From: an uncultured Candidatus Saccharibacteria bacterium | GTDB taxonomy: Bacteria > Patescibacteriota > Saccharimonadia > Saccharimonadales > 2-12-FULL-41-12 | Direction: 5' to 3' | Length of the DNA stretch: 64,000 nt | Assembly: GCA_964648105.1 (NCBI GenBank) | Contig: CAZYMH010000003.1 | Coordinates: 22,164-86,163, forward strand | In this document: piece after piece, positions 1 through 10,417 of the stretch | Layout: every line of letters begins with the position of its first letter | Position numbering within the stretch: position 1 is the first letter of the stretch | Position numbers and translations under genes: made by a program | Notes under the pieces: model-generated | Told to the model about the DNA's origin: nothing | Database searches by the model: none | The model's input: the letters and a program-made list of their open reading frames with translations, nothing else

Positions 1-2
1 CT

Positions 3-1190
3 GTGCTACTTAATCAAGATGTCGGTAGAGCAGATGGAAAAAAGCCTCAAAGTGTTGTGATCTATTATCCTATTTATGCCTCATCAGTTAAAGATGATGT
101 CGCCACAGTTGACCAGAGAAGAGCAAGTTTAATCGGCTATACTTATGCCATTGCCAGAATCGACGATATTATTGCCAATCTGAAAGGACTAGAATCATCG
201 ACAGAATATAAAATTACTGATATTACTTCGAGCCAACCAGAAATTATCAAAAATTATAATTTTCCTGATTCCTTAAATTCGAGTTCTAATGACGTTGGTT
301 CAGAGGTGATTAATATTGCGGGTCGGAAGTGGCAACTTTTGGTCCATGCCAAACTCCAAAATGACAGTATTTTTAATTATCCTGTGGTAGTTTTTATGAC
401 GTCTTTACTGGCCAGCATGACCGTGGCTTGGATGGTGTATATGTACTTGAATCGTCGCTTTAGATTTGTGCGAGAAGTTTACAAAAACGAAGTCGAACAA
501 ACAAAAAATGATCTTTTAGCGTTGGCTTCTCATCAACTGCGAACTCCTGCTACTGGGGTAAGGCAATATATAAATATGCTAATCAATGGCTATTTTGGTA
601 ATTTGACAGATGAACAACTGGCAATTGCTCTTAAAGCCCACTTATCTAATGAACGTCAATTAGAAGTTATCGACCAAATTTTGTATGTCGCCAAAGCCGA
701 TATTGACCAGTTGGCCATGAACTTCGAAGAAATCAACTTAACTAGCTTAACCAAAGACGTGGTTGATACTATGGAAGACACCATCAAACACAAAGAGATG
801 ATAATTAAATTTTCATCAAATCCTAAAGAAATAAAGTGCATAATAGATAAAAAATATATGCGTATGATTATCGAGAATTTACTTAGTAACGCTATCAAAT
901 ATTCTCATCCCAAATCAAAAATTTATATCAAACTCACCAAAAAACATAAACTTATTAAGCTTTCAATTAAAGATAACGGTGTCGGAATTGAAAAAGCTGA
1001 TATTGAGAAATTATTTGTAAAGTTCTCTAGAATACCCAATGCTTTATCAAGAAAAGAAGGCGGCACTGGCTTAGGCTTGTTTTTGGCTAAAAAACTGGCC
1101 GAGGCTCACAGGGGTGATATAGAGGTAATTAGCGAGAATAGCAAAGGCTCAGAATTTATCTTAAGTTTACCGACAAAATTTTCTAAGTAA
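3..1190 (+). CDS. Membrane sensor histidine kinase, 5'-truncated by window edge (CHASE-like sensor, TM, HisKA, HATPase_c)
   Basis: H-box ASHQLRTP, N-box ENLLSNAIKYS, G1 DNGVGI, G2 GGTGLGL; TM helix about residues 127-150; upstream YYPIY...LIGY and INIAGRKWQL segments typical of CHASE sensors. Confidence 0.9.
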   Translation: MLLNQDVGRADGKKPQSVVIYYPIYASSVKDDVATVDQRRASLIGYTYAIARIDDIIANLKGLESSTEYKITDITSSQPEIIKNYNFPDSLNSSSNDVGSEVINIAGRKWQLLVHAKLQNDSIFNYPVVVFMTSLLASMTVAWMVYMYLNRRFRFVREVYKNEVEQTKNDLLALASHQLRTPATGVRQYINMLINGYFGNLTDEQLAIALKAHLSNERQLEVIDQILYVAKADIDQLAMNFEEINLTSLTKDVVDTMEDTIKHKEMIIKFSSNPKEIKCIIDKKYMRMIIENLLSNAIKYSHPKSKIYIKLTKKHKLIKLSIKDNGVGIEKADIEKLFVKFSRIPNALSRKEGGTGLGLFLAKKLAEAHRGDIEVISENSKGSEFILSLPTKFSK

Positions 1191-1313
1191 TAATCTGTAT
1201 TGCAGCTAACAGAAATACTCAATGCTATTTACTTAGAATATTAGATATAAATTTGAGCAATAATTTAACTAATAACTTTTATTAATTTAATATCAGAAAG
1301 GCAAATAACTAGA

Positions 1314-1703
1314 TTGAAAGAAGCAAAAAAGATTTTACTAGTTGAAGATGATCCAACCTTGAGTGACGCATTTAGCATCTTACTCGAGAAGGAAGGCTAC
1401 GAAATCGAAAATGCCTTCGATGGTAAAGAAGCTTTAGATGTATTAAATGATTTTGAACCAGATATTATTTTGCTCGATTTACTGATGCCTGTCATGGATG
1501 GTCGAGAATTTTTGAAAGCTTTTAAAAACTACAATCAAGTGCCAATAATTGTATTTAGTAATTTAGATAGCAAAGATGAAATCAACGAAGTACTTTCACT
1601 CGGAGCTACAAGATATATGCTCAAAGCTTGGGCTTCCCCAAAAGAATTAGTGCGAATTATTAACGACACGATTAGAGAAGCTCAACTAGTCAATAACTCT
1701 TAA
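1314..1703 (+). CDS. Single-domain response regulator (receiver only)
   Basis: ILLVEDD, DIILLDLLMPVMDG, S and K residues of the receiver fold; no output domain; TTG start with AGAAAGG upstream. Confidence 0.9.
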   Translation: MKEAKKILLVEDDPTLSDAFSILLEKEGYEIENAFDGKEALDVLNDFEPDIILLDLLMPVMDGREFLKAFKNYNQVPIIVFSNLDSKDEINEVLSLGATRYMLKAWASPKELVRIINDTIREAQLVNNS

Positions 1704-2338
1704 AGCTGAAGAGATTGACCAATATCATCACCGAAGATAGTAGTTATAGCTACCGTATCAACTAGATAAAACTTATTTTTTTCGATAATTACTTCTTGTT
1801 TTTTTAGTTTGTTAAGTTCTAAGCTAGCTGTTTCTCTAGAAATATTTGCTAAATTAGCTAGAGTTTGTTGAGTTAGCTTAATTTTGATTCGCTTATATTT
1901 TTTGATTGGCATATCTTCACCAAAACGAATTACCAAATAGCGTAGTGTGTGAGCTAATTTTTCGTATGCCGAGGGTTGAACTAGGGCATTTATATGCAAT
2001 AAAGCTCCTAGATATTTAGTGTGATGCTCGTCAAGCATGGTTTGACCAGTTCGCATTTTTATGTATTCATCAGGGAACAGCAGTTCGCTTTCGGTCTCGT
2101 CCATTGTTTCGTGATAAAAATACGAAAATATATTATCCTGACGACTAATTACAGGGAAGTAATCGTTCGGTCCAAATAGTGCAACAATTGCCTCATTGCC
2201 ATTTTCGAGTGTTGTGTAACACTTCACAAGACCAGATTTTATTTTATAAATGTTAGTCGTTGCTTCACCTTGGTATAAAACAATCTGATTTTTGCGGAAT
2301 TTTTTTAATCTACCCATTACTGTCCTTAGTTTATACAA
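1700..2338 (-). CDS. Crp/Fnr family transcriptional regulator
   Basis: cNMP-binding beta-roll (VLYQGE...IYKIKSGLVK) and C-terminal HTH LTQQTLANLANISRETAS; true start may be the ATG of MGRLKK. Confidence 0.85.
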   Translation of the reverse strand: MYKLRTVMGRLKKFRKNQIVLYQGEATTNIYKIKSGLVKCYTTLENGNEAIVALFGPNDYFPVISRQDNIFSYFYHETMDETESELLFPDEYIKMRTGQTMLDEHHTKYLGALLHINALVQPSAYEKLAHTLRYLVIRFGEDMPIKKYKRIKIKLTQQTLANLANISRETASLELNKLKKQEVIIEKNKFYLVDTVAITTIFGDDIGQSLQL

Positions 2339-2350
2339 TAAACTAATTAT

Positions 2351-2980
2351 TTAAAAATTTCGCTGACTTATTTTTTTGAAATCATAAAAAATCAATATAA
2401 TTAGCACTCCAAAAACAGCACCAAAAATTCGCTGAACAATTCCATTAATTGGACCATGACCATAATCATATAAATGATACAGACCACTTCCAGCCAAAAT
2501 TATGAATATAAAAGCGAATATTTTGTTATAGCTAAGTGAATTTTTATAGATATAGTAACTAAGCCAAATCATTATAAGAGCAACTACTACGCTCTCTAGT
2601 CCATGCAAAATATTTAGGATATTTTGGAATGCAGATCCACCACAAGTTATTTGGCTTTTTATGCAATCGTTTATGACTATTCCGTCGAAAACAGTCATTA
2701 CACCAACGATTTGAACCGCTTTCTTGACTAGCTTATCGGCCGACTTTTTTATATTAAATAGTTGGTCAGAGAAGTGAACGATCAAATACAAAAATAGCCC
2801 TGAGAGAACTTCTAATAGCCTGAAAAGCCAGTTATATGGAGCCTTCGACACAAATAAATCGCTAATATAATCGTGGACAGAGGAGTGATAAGGATTTAAC
2901 CAATAGGCCAATACCCAATAAAAGCTAACAATGAAATATGAAATTAGTAAATAACTTATTAATTTACTATTATTTTTCAT
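2351..2980 (-). CDS. DUF998-like multi-pass membrane protein
   Basis: About 5 TM segments; YISDL...PYNWLF, H-containing TM and GIVQR motifs characteristic of DUF998. Confidence 0.6.
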   Translation of the reverse strand: MKNNSKLISYLLISYFIVSFYWVLAYWLNPYHSSVHDYISDLFVSKAPYNWLFRLLEVLSGLFLYLIVHFSDQLFNIKKSADKLVKKAVQIVGVMTVFDGIVINDCIKSQITCGGSAFQNILNILHGLESVVVALIMIWLSYYIYKNSLSYNKIFAFIFIILAGSGLYHLYDYGHGPINGIVQRIFGAVFGVLIILIFYDFKKISQRNF

Positions 2981-4620
2981 AATTTTTGACTATCGACTTT
3001 CATGGCGGCGTTCAAACTTTGAGCAACTTTAACTATGCCGATTGTAGTTGATTTGTAAGCGATATAGCTATCTCTCCAATCTGGATCGAATTTAGATTTG
3101 AACCGATACAAACCTTTAAATGAATAAATTTTTCCACCAAAATTATAAACCAAATTTAAAGCTTTACTGAGTGCATTACTGTCATCTTCATCGCTCATAC
3201 CAACGAGTGGGCATAAACCTAAGTTAAACCGTTTGTAACCACGTAAGTGTAATTCTAAAATTAAACAATACATCATATAGTCAGTAGTATTAGTTAATGA
3301 ATTTTCTCGCTGTCGGAATAAATCCATATTTGCTTCGTCAGCCTCAAAACTTTCAATTAGATTAACAAAACCTACTATATGGTTTTCTTCATTTCTTAGC
3401 ACTCCAATTTCACAATTATTCAAATAATCTTTATCAAAGTACCCCAGTACAAAGCCTCGTTCTGTTCTACCTGGTGATGCTAACCAATCGTCCGAAATAC
3501 GTTTAAGTTCGTCTAAAAGAGTCGAGCTATGGGGCGGCAGACGCATTTCGAAGTTATAGCCTTGTTTAATGAATCGATTTTTAACATTTCGCCAATTTTT
3601 ACTTTTGGCGGTTTGCTCAGAAAATTTAGAAGTATCCACAACCGCTTCTTCACCGATCTTTTGCAAATTAAATCCGTGCTTGTGAAATAAATCTTTGAAT
3701 CTATCTGTTATATGAATAAAACTCGGTGTAAATGCGTGTTTATGGCAAAAATTGATATAATTATTAACTACATTGTCAAAGTCATTGGCATCGCCAATTG
3801 GCCCACCGACAGCCAATGCCGTTCCCCTGAAAACTTTATAGGCAATAAAAGCGGTGTCATTATCGCTGTAAATATAATCTTTATCCTCTGGCCAAAATTT
3901 GAAAAAATCTTCGCTTGAACCGCCATATTTTTCGGCAATATCTCTGGCTTTGTCGATTTTAAATTCATCTTTTTGGTAGCGATAAGCCAGTGGTTTGAGC
4001 ATAGTCCAAGCTGCCATGGTTAGGCTTCCCAGGCCAAGCGTCTGCAGACTCAAGACAAAAGTCCTTGCTGCACGTGAATGGTTATGAGTTATGATTGGAC
4101 GATCGTTGGTAAAGCTAATAACTCTGATAGTCTCAGCTACTGCATCTTTTACGCTTAGTCCGAGGTTATGATTAAGACCATTAAATTGCAAAAAACCTAA
4201 CGTCCCGTAAATGATCGCTAATAATACCAGTCCAATACTAATTCCTAAGCTACTTAGCACTTTAGGTTTTTCTGACTGGGCCTTAAATTCGTTTTTACTG
4301 ATAAACACTAAGCAGGTTAAAGCCACTAAAAATACCAAGCTAAAAAACTGGTTATATTTTATGGCGAAAATTATTTCGCTTAAAATTGCAAAAGCTAACA
4401 AAGCTACGGTTATTAGCCAAGCTCGATATAATTTTTTGTATAAGCTAAGTGATAAATAAATTAATCCCAGGCCAATTAAGGCGTAGTGTACTGGTAAGCC
4501 AATCACTAACGACAATTCTTTTTCTTTGATGCTAGCAATAACAAAGTATAGATATCCAAGCCCAGTCAAAAAAACCAAGCTAGCAATCAGATAGACTAGT
4601 GAGCCTCTTTTTAGTGACAT
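2977..4620 (-). CDS. MprF/LysX-like aminoacyl-phosphatidylglycerol synthase (N-terminal TMs plus DUF2156 catalytic domain)
   Basis: DKDYIYS, ALAVGGPIG, KIGEEAVVD, ERGF-LG, MDLFR, FNLGLCPL, YSFKGLYRFKSKFDPDW motifs. Confidence 0.85.
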   Translation of the reverse strand: MSLKRGSLVYLIASLVFLTGLGYLYFVIASIKEKELSLVIGLPVHYALIGLGLIYLSLSLYKKLYRAWLITVALLAFAILSEIIFAIKYNQFFSLVFLVALTCLVFISKNEFKAQSEKPKVLSSLGISIGLVLLAIIYGTLGFLQFNGLNHNLGLSVKDAVAETIRVISFTNDRPIITHNHSRAARTFVLSLQTLGLGSLTMAAWTMLKPLAYRYQKDEFKIDKARDIAEKYGGSSEDFFKFWPEDKDYIYSDNDTAFIAYKVFRGTALAVGGPIGDANDFDNVVNNYINFCHKHAFTPSFIHITDRFKDLFHKHGFNLQKIGEEAVVDTSKFSEQTAKSKNWRNVKNRFIKQGYNFEMRLPPHSSTLLDELKRISDDWLASPGRTERGFVLGYFDKDYLNNCEIGVLRNEENHIVGFVNLIESFEADEANMDLFRQRENSLTNTTDYMMYCLILELHLRGYKRFNLGLCPLVGMSDEDDSNALSKALNLVYNFGGKIYSFKGLYRFKSKFDPDWRDSYIAYKSTTIGIVKVAQSLNAAMKVDSQKL

Positions 4621-4626
4621 ACGAGT

Positions 4627-4896
4627 TTAATTTTTATTAGAATCAATGCTCGAATATTCAGTTTGGTCGGATTTAACAGTATCTTTTGAGGAGTTTTTGT
4701 TGGCAACTGAGCTTTCGAATGAGTTTGTCCCGACTGCCATTCCAAATACAACTGCTCCTAAAAATACTAATATTCCACCAATCCAAAATGGTGTTTTTGA
4801 GGGAGTATCGCTAGCTAGATATGCTCCAAGTAACATACCAATACCGATACAAACGGCTACTGTAGCTAACCAATTATATAATGATGATTTTTTCAT
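4627..4896 (-). CDS. Small two-TM membrane protein, first gene of the MprF-like operon
   Basis: Two hydrophobic helices; 6-nt gap to the next co-oriented gene. Confidence 0.6.
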   Translation of the reverse strand: MKKSSLYNWLATVAVCIGIGMLLGAYLASDTPSKTPFWIGGILVFLGAVVFGMAVGTNSFESSVANKNSSKDTVKSDQTEYSSIDSNKN

Positions 4897-4959
4897 ACTT
4901 TAACTTTATCATATTTTGCAAGTAGATAAGTTATAATTAGATATAAACTAGGAGGTTTT

Positions 4960-5520
4960 ATGGATATCAAATCAGAGATCAAAAAATATTTAGACAGTAA
5001 CGCCATCAGTCAAATAAGTTCGCAGGCCGATACATCTACCAGTGAAACGAAAAGTGTGATTGATTCAGCTTTACCGATGATTTTAGGTGGTTTAGCTAAA
5101 GAATCAGATCAGCAGGCTTTAGGAAATACGCTTGATCAAAAACACGATGGTTCAATTCTCGACAATATTGTTGAGGCCATCACTAATTCAAATACTCAAA
5201 CTGATGGCAATAAAATTTTAGGCCATATATTTGGCAATCAAGACCAGCAAGTCGCTCAAGTAGTTAGTAAAAAAACAGGGGTAGATTCGGCGAAAATCAT
5301 GATGATATTAGCAATTTTAGCCCCGATTGTACTCGGTAAACTTGGTAAAACTAAATCAGATAACAAATTAGACTCTGGCGGATTAATGGATATCCTAAAA
5401 AATCAAAAAATAGGCAAGAGTGATAGCTCGATTTTAGGTAGTATTTTGGATAAAAATAAAGATGGTAGTGTGCTTGATGACCTTATCAATATCGGCGGTA
5501 ATTTGCTTCGTAAAAAATAA
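4960..5520 (+). CDS. DUF937 family protein
   Basis: ALPMILGGL, HDGSILD, DGNKILGHIFG, LAPIVLG, LDKNKDGSVLDD motifs; strong SD AGGAGG upstream. Confidence 0.8.
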   Translation: MDIKSEIKKYLDSNAISQISSQADTSTSETKSVIDSALPMILGGLAKESDQQALGNTLDQKHDGSILDNIVEAITNSNTQTDGNKILGHIFGNQDQQVAQVVSKKTGVDSAKIMMILAILAPIVLGKLGKTKSDNKLDSGGLMDILKNQKIGKSDSSILGSILDKNKDGSVLDDLINIGGNLLRKK

Positions 5521-6342
5521 TTATTTGTTTCGATAAGATCTTAGTAGATTATCGATCAGATATTTCAGATTTGTTTCTGATAGAGCCATTATCATTAACA
5601 TCGTAAAAATTACTCCTATAGCTGCTAAAAGCTGGAAACTATAAAACATAATTGGATACATCAATACAATTGCCATTTGCGAAGAACCTCTCAGAATATG
5701 AGCAGCTGTGTCAACTTTCTTAAAAATTAAATTTCCTAGACCCAGTAAAATTAATAGCCCGTAAATAATCGCCGAGATACTACCAACGGCTATCATACTT
5801 GTGACGCGATTTTGAAGGGCAGAATAATCAGCCAGATTTTCTAATATATAAACAACCAAACCAACTTGTACCGATGACCAAAAAATAATAAAAATTCTGA
5901 CTAGTAATGGTCTTGGCCATTCGGCGGGCGATAAGAACCTTTGGTCACTACCATGGATAAGAATAAGGCGTGACACGAACCATACGGCCAAAAATGTCAT
6001 ATAAATTATTGTGAAAGTCGGTTCGTAAAAATAATCATTATCGCGTGTAATAAATTTTCCAGTCTCATCGATAAACAAACCAAACCCGATGCCTCCTAAA
6101 ACAGCACTAAAAAATTTATTTGGCTTACTACTAAGCAATAATACGAGTAGAGCAAAAGATAAAAAAAGGCCACCAAACAAAACATGGGCCACATGTAAGT
6201 GATTATTACCAAGTTGCGGATAGCCTGTTATTTCTAAATAAGTTCGGGTTAATAAAACCGTCAAAACTCCACTCAAAACAAAACTATCGAGTAAATCAAC
6301 TTTATTCTTAAAAAGTAAGTTAGGTTTGTCGGGTGTTTTCAT
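5521..6342 (-). CDS. Conserved multi-pass membrane protein of unknown function
   Basis: About 7 TM; motif [20 protein letters not shown]...[22 protein letters not shown]. Confidence 0.7.
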   Translation of the reverse strand: MKTPDKPNLLFKNKVDLLDSFVLSGVLTVLLTRTYLEITGYPQLGNNHLHVAHVLFGGLFLSFALLVLLLSSKPNKFFSAVLGGIGFGLFIDETGKFITRDNDYFYEPTFTIIYMTFLAVWFVSRLILIHGSDQRFLSPAEWPRPLLVRIFIIFWSSVQVGLVVYILENLADYSALQNRVTSMIAVGSISAIIYGLLILLGLGNLIFKKVDTAAHILRGSSQMAIVLMYPIMFYSFQLLAAIGVIFTMLMIMALSETNLKYLIDNLLRSYRNK

Positions 6343-6506
6343 CAGCTAATACCATAATTATATCTTAAAGATAGATGTATTTGACACTTCTTTTTAAATA
6401 TTACAGGCAAATAATTATTATCTTATGAGCTTAACGACTATGAACATATTATTAAAAATGATAAAATTAAAGTGTTAAAGCTTTACCTCTTGGAGGAGGG
6501 AGTTAA

Positions 6507-7169
6507 ATGCAAGACATTAACGCATATCCAAATAAGTTGAAAGAATTTTTCAAAAAACATCAACTTATTAAGCTCTCTCCTAAAAAAGTCTTGCTAAAAC
6601 CAGGACGAAGACTAGATTATATATATTTCATCAAAGATGGTGAAATAAAAAAATACACTCATTCTTACAAAAAAGACGAAATTATCTTACATGTATACAA
6701 AGCAGGTAGTTTTTTGCCTGTCCCTGATAGTTTAGGACTAAAACTGACCAATCACTTTTATTATACGGCTGTTAATGAAGTAAATGCTTACAAAATACCG
6801 ACTAAAAAAGTTGTTAACTTTATCGAGAAAAATCCTGATGTTGCGGTAGTCTTAGCCAAAAAATTGTACTTCGCCCTTGATGAGTTTTTGGTCAGAGCTA
6901 TCACTATGATGGCTGGCAATGCACTCGACAAGGTAGTTTACGAGCTTTACTGCGAACTAAATCATTATCATCAAGGCAAGACAAATAACGTATTGATCAA
7001 TACCAACGAAAAGATTATTGCTTCTAAAACTGGCTTATCTAGAGAAACAGTTAACAGAGTGATCCGCAAACTAAAAGATATTGGTTGCGTCGAAGTGGAC
7101 CGAGGCAGCATGATAATCAAAGATCCTAGCAAACTAAAAAATTGGGTATATAAAGAGATAATTAGATAG
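6507..7169 (+). CDS. Crp/Fnr family transcriptional regulator
   Basis: YIYFIKDGEIK beta-roll, HTH IASKTGLSRETVNR; very strong SD GGAGGAGGGAG. Confidence 0.85.
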   Translation: MQDINAYPNKLKEFFKKHQLIKLSPKKVLLKPGRRLDYIYFIKDGEIKKYTHSYKKDEIILHVYKAGSFLPVPDSLGLKLTNHFYYTAVNEVNAYKIPTKKVVNFIEKNPDVAVVLAKKLYFALDEFLVRAITMMAGNALDKVVYELYCELNHYHQGKTNNVLINTNEKIIASKTGLSRETVNRVIRKLKDIGCVEVDRGSMIIKDPSKLKNWVYKEIIR

Positions 7170-7241
7170 ACTAATCATTTTAGTTAAGATAAAATACTCA
7201 GCATAATAAGTTAAGTTAACAAACTAATTTAAGAGGAATTC

Positions 7242-9959
7242 ATGAAAAAAACCCGTAAAGCCAATAAACCTAAGAACACTTTTTTACAAAACGTCAGCCT
7301 TTATTTCTTTAAACGACCTCGCAAGACTGCACTTTTGTGCCTCGCACTTGTGTTGTTTGGTGTAGCTTGTTATACAACTCTTCTTAAAAAAGAGGGTTTT
7401 CCTGCGATTAATTCGCCATTTGCTCTTGCTCAAGGTACATATTTTATTGATAATGCCGAAAAAGTTGACGCAGATGCTGCTACAAAGTTAAATGAATTTT
7501 TGCTAAAAGATGACAGTGTAAAAACAGTCCAGACTCAAAGTTTTGGCAATTTTTTTACTGGTCAAGTCCAATACAAAGAGGGAACTAACGCCGAGAGTAA
7601 AACTAGTGAACTAAAGTCAAAAATATCAGCCGAAAAAATTCTACCAGACCAAGCCAATATAAAATTTGACCCTTATAAATTCGGCTACACAGAACGGGGT
7701 GATGATTTAGTGATCTCATTTTACTCCAAAAAAACCATCGACCAACAAACTCTAATCTCAAAAGCCAATGAAATGGCCAATCTATTGAAGAGTAAAAATA
7801 TTAATCTAGTAAGTGATGTTTCGATCATTAATCCAGTCGAGGAAGCTACCAATCCCATAAATGGCCAAACTGAAAAAGCAGCAAAATCTTTTGAGCGATT
7901 TGGTAAAAGACAAGATAATCAAAATAATTTTTACGATGCGATTGTGATAGGTGTTAAATCGGTACCCAAAGCCGATAATTTGGAGTTGTATGACAATGTA
8001 AATAAAGCACTCGGTGAAGTCAAAAGTGATTCAAAATTCAATGATTTCGGGGCCGAAATTAGTGCTTCAAATTCGCCAGGTATCAAGACTCAACTTAGTG
8101 AGCTACAGCGTACATTGCTTGAAGGATTGATAGTTGTATTGATTGTGGGTGCGATAGTTATTGCCGTGCGAGCATCTTTAATCACCGTAATTTCGATGGT
8201 AACTGTACTTGCTATAACTAATGGCGTTTTGTACTTAAGCGGCAATTCACTTAACACTATTACGCTTTTCTCGTTAATTTTGGCACTGTCGTTGATAGTT
8301 GACGACACCATCATCATGGTAGAGGCTATTGTCGCACAAAGAAAAAGGCATAAAGATCCAAATACAGTTATCTCCAATGCAACACGCAAAGTAAGTCGAG
8401 CGATGATCGCCGCCACTTCTACAGCTGCACTTAGCTTTACACCTCTGATATTTGTCAAAGGCATCCTAGGCGATTTTATTAGGGCTATACCGATCACTAT
8501 AATTTCGGCTCTTTTGGTAAGTTTGGTGGTAGCACTAATATTTATTCCATTTTTTGCTCGACTGATTTTATTTAGAAAAGGCAGCAATCCCAAACAAACC
8601 AATGAACATGATTTTTCAGGAAATATCGAGTCAAAAATCGCCGAATTTATTGCTAAGCCGATGCTGTTAGCCAAAAATTCTAAGCCAAAATTAGTAGTTG
8701 TTTGTTTGACTGCTTTTTTGATTAGCTTTGCCTTTATCGGAACGGGTGGCTACTTGTTCAAAAAAGTTAAATTTAACATTTTTCCATCATCAAAAGATTC
8801 AAATCAACTTTACTTAACAGCTTCGTTTGCTCCCAATACAACCCTAGATTCTGCTGAGCAAAAATCTAAAGATATCGAAGCGGTGATATCAAAAGTTATT
8901 AATAACAACTTTGTTTTGGCGGCAAATAACGGCTATAACACTGCCCAAAATGCATCGTATTTTATTGACTTAAATGATTACAAGAACCGAGATGTCACTT
9001 CTCCAGAAATAATCAAACAATTGAATAGTGAACTAGGTAAGCTCGAGGGTGTCCAAATAAAAATTAATCAGGTTGATGCAGGCCCACCAGCCTCAGGCTT
9101 TACAGTTAAAGTTGACACTTCCAAAAACCGCGAAGCGGCAACTAAGCTAGCAACCGATATACAAAAGTATCTGTCAACTCTACAGCTAACTAGAGCTGAT
9201 GGCAGTAAAGCCTCAATTGAATCAGTTAGTCCACCAAACCCTTCGATTTACTCTCGCCAAAACAATAAACCATATATATCCGTCACAGCTCAATACAAAG
9301 ATAGCGACACAACCGCGTTGTTTACTCTGACTCAAGATGCATTAAAGTCAGAGTTTACCCCTGAGAAAGTGGCTAGTTATGGTTTGAAGAAAGATGCCAT
9401 GAGCTTTGATTTGCAGCAAGAAGGCGAAAATCAAGACAGCTTCAAGACATTAGCAATCGCGTTTCCTGTAGTTTTACTGGTCATTTACATTTTATTAGTT
9501 CTTCAATTTAGAAGTTTCCTCCAGCCTGTTTTGATCTTTATGGCTATTCCATTTAGCTTATTTGGTATTACTTTAGGATTATATTTGACCGATAACCCAT
9601 TCAGCTTCTTTGCAATGCTAGGTTTCTTTGCACTCATCGGACTAAGCATCAAAAACACTATTTTGCTTACCGATTATGCCAATCAAGCACGAGCTGCTGG
9701 CATGAGACCTGTTGATGCTATTCATGAGGCTTTAGCCGAGCGTTTCCGACCACTAGTTGCCACCAGCTTAACAGCGGTAGTATCACTAATTCCTTTAGCC
9801 ATTACAAGTCCATTTTGGGAAGGCTTGTCAGTAGTTTTGATTTGCGGATTATTATCTAGTACATTCTTAGTAATAGTTGTGTTCCCATATTACTACTTGG
9901 CAGCAGAATTCCTTAGGATGAGTACCAAAAAACTATTTGTTAGAGCATTCAAGCACTAG
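7242..9959 (+). CDS. RND superfamily (AcrB/AcrD/AcrF-like) transporter
   Basis: Two repeats of TM + soluble loop + 5 TM; LSLIVDDTIIMVE, KNTILLTD, ERFRPLVATSLT, P--EGLSVVLICGL motifs. Confidence 0.85.
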   Translation: MKKTRKANKPKNTFLQNVSLYFFKRPRKTALLCLALVLFGVACYTTLLKKEGFPAINSPFALAQGTYFIDNAEKVDADAATKLNEFLLKDDSVKTVQTQSFGNFFTGQVQYKEGTNAESKTSELKSKISAEKILPDQANIKFDPYKFGYTERGDDLVISFYSKKTIDQQTLISKANEMANLLKSKNINLVSDVSIINPVEEATNPINGQTEKAAKSFERFGKRQDNQNNFYDAIVIGVKSVPKADNLELYDNVNKALGEVKSDSKFNDFGAEISASNSPGIKTQLSELQRTLLEGLIVVLIVGAIVIAVRASLITVISMVTVLAITNGVLYLSGNSLNTITLFSLILALSLIVDDTIIMVEAIVAQRKRHKDPNTVISNATRKVSRAMIAATSTAALSFTPLIFVKGILGDFIRAIPITIISALLVSLVVALIFIPFFARLILFRKGSNPKQTNEHDFSGNIESKIAEFIAKPMLLAKNSKPKLVVVCLTAFLISFAFIGTGGYLFKKVKFNIFPSSKDSNQLYLTASFAPNTTLDSAEQKSKDIEAVISKVINNNFVLAANNGYNTAQNASYFIDLNDYKNRDVTSPEIIKQLNSELGKLEGVQIKINQVDAGPPASGFTVKVDTSKNREAATKLATDIQKYLSTLQLTRADGSKASIESVSPPNPSIYSRQNNKPYISVTAQYKDSDTTALFTLTQDALKSEFTPEKVASYGLKKDAMSFDLQQEGENQDSFKTLAIAFPVVLLVIYILLVLQFRSFLQPVLIFMAIPFSLFGITLGLYLTDNPFSFFAMLGFFALIGLSIKNTILLTDYANQARAAGMRPVDAIHEALAERFRPLVATSLTAVVSLIPLAITSPFWEGLSVVLICGLLSSTFLVIVVFPYYYLAAEFLRMSTKKLFVRAFKH

Positions 9960-9962
9960 AAT

Positions 9963-10406
9963 TTAATTATGATGGTATTTTGAGCCAGATAATATTGTGT
10001 AGGCTCGATATATTTGTTCAGTTAATATCAATCTAACTAATTGATGCGGAAAGACCATGTCCGACAGGCTAATTACCAAATTACTTCTGTTAAAAATACT
10101 ATGATTAACCCCATAAGCTCCGCCAATAACAAAAACTAATTGCTTGAGCGAATTATTTTGGGCCAGCTCAATTGTCTTTGCAAAATCAATACTTGATAAT
10201 TTATTGCCGTTTTCGTCTAACAAAATAACATAATCTTGCTGGTCGATTTGTCGCAAAATATCTGAGGACTCACTGTCGATATGCTTAGTTGTCAAATAAA
10301 CCCACGACAGATTACAAAACTTGTTTAACCTTTTTTGGTAATGATCGATGATAGTTTGAAGTTCTTGAGATGGTTTTTTGCCGACTGATATAACCTTGAT
10401 TTTCAT
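9963..10406 (-). CDS. rlmH: 23S rRNA (pseudouridine1915-N3)-methyltransferase
   Basis: LDENG, FVIGGAYG, SLSDMVFPHQLVRLILTEQIYRA..I..G.KYH. Confidence 0.95.
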   Translation of the reverse strand: MKIKVISVGKKPSQELQTIIDHYQKRLNKFCNLSWVYLTTKHIDSESSDILRQIDQQDYVILLDENGNKLSSIDFAKTIELAQNNSLKQLVFVIGGAYGVNHSIFNRSNLVISLSDMVFPHQLVRLILTEQIYRAYTILSGSKYHHN

Positions 10407-10417
10407 AACTTTTACTT

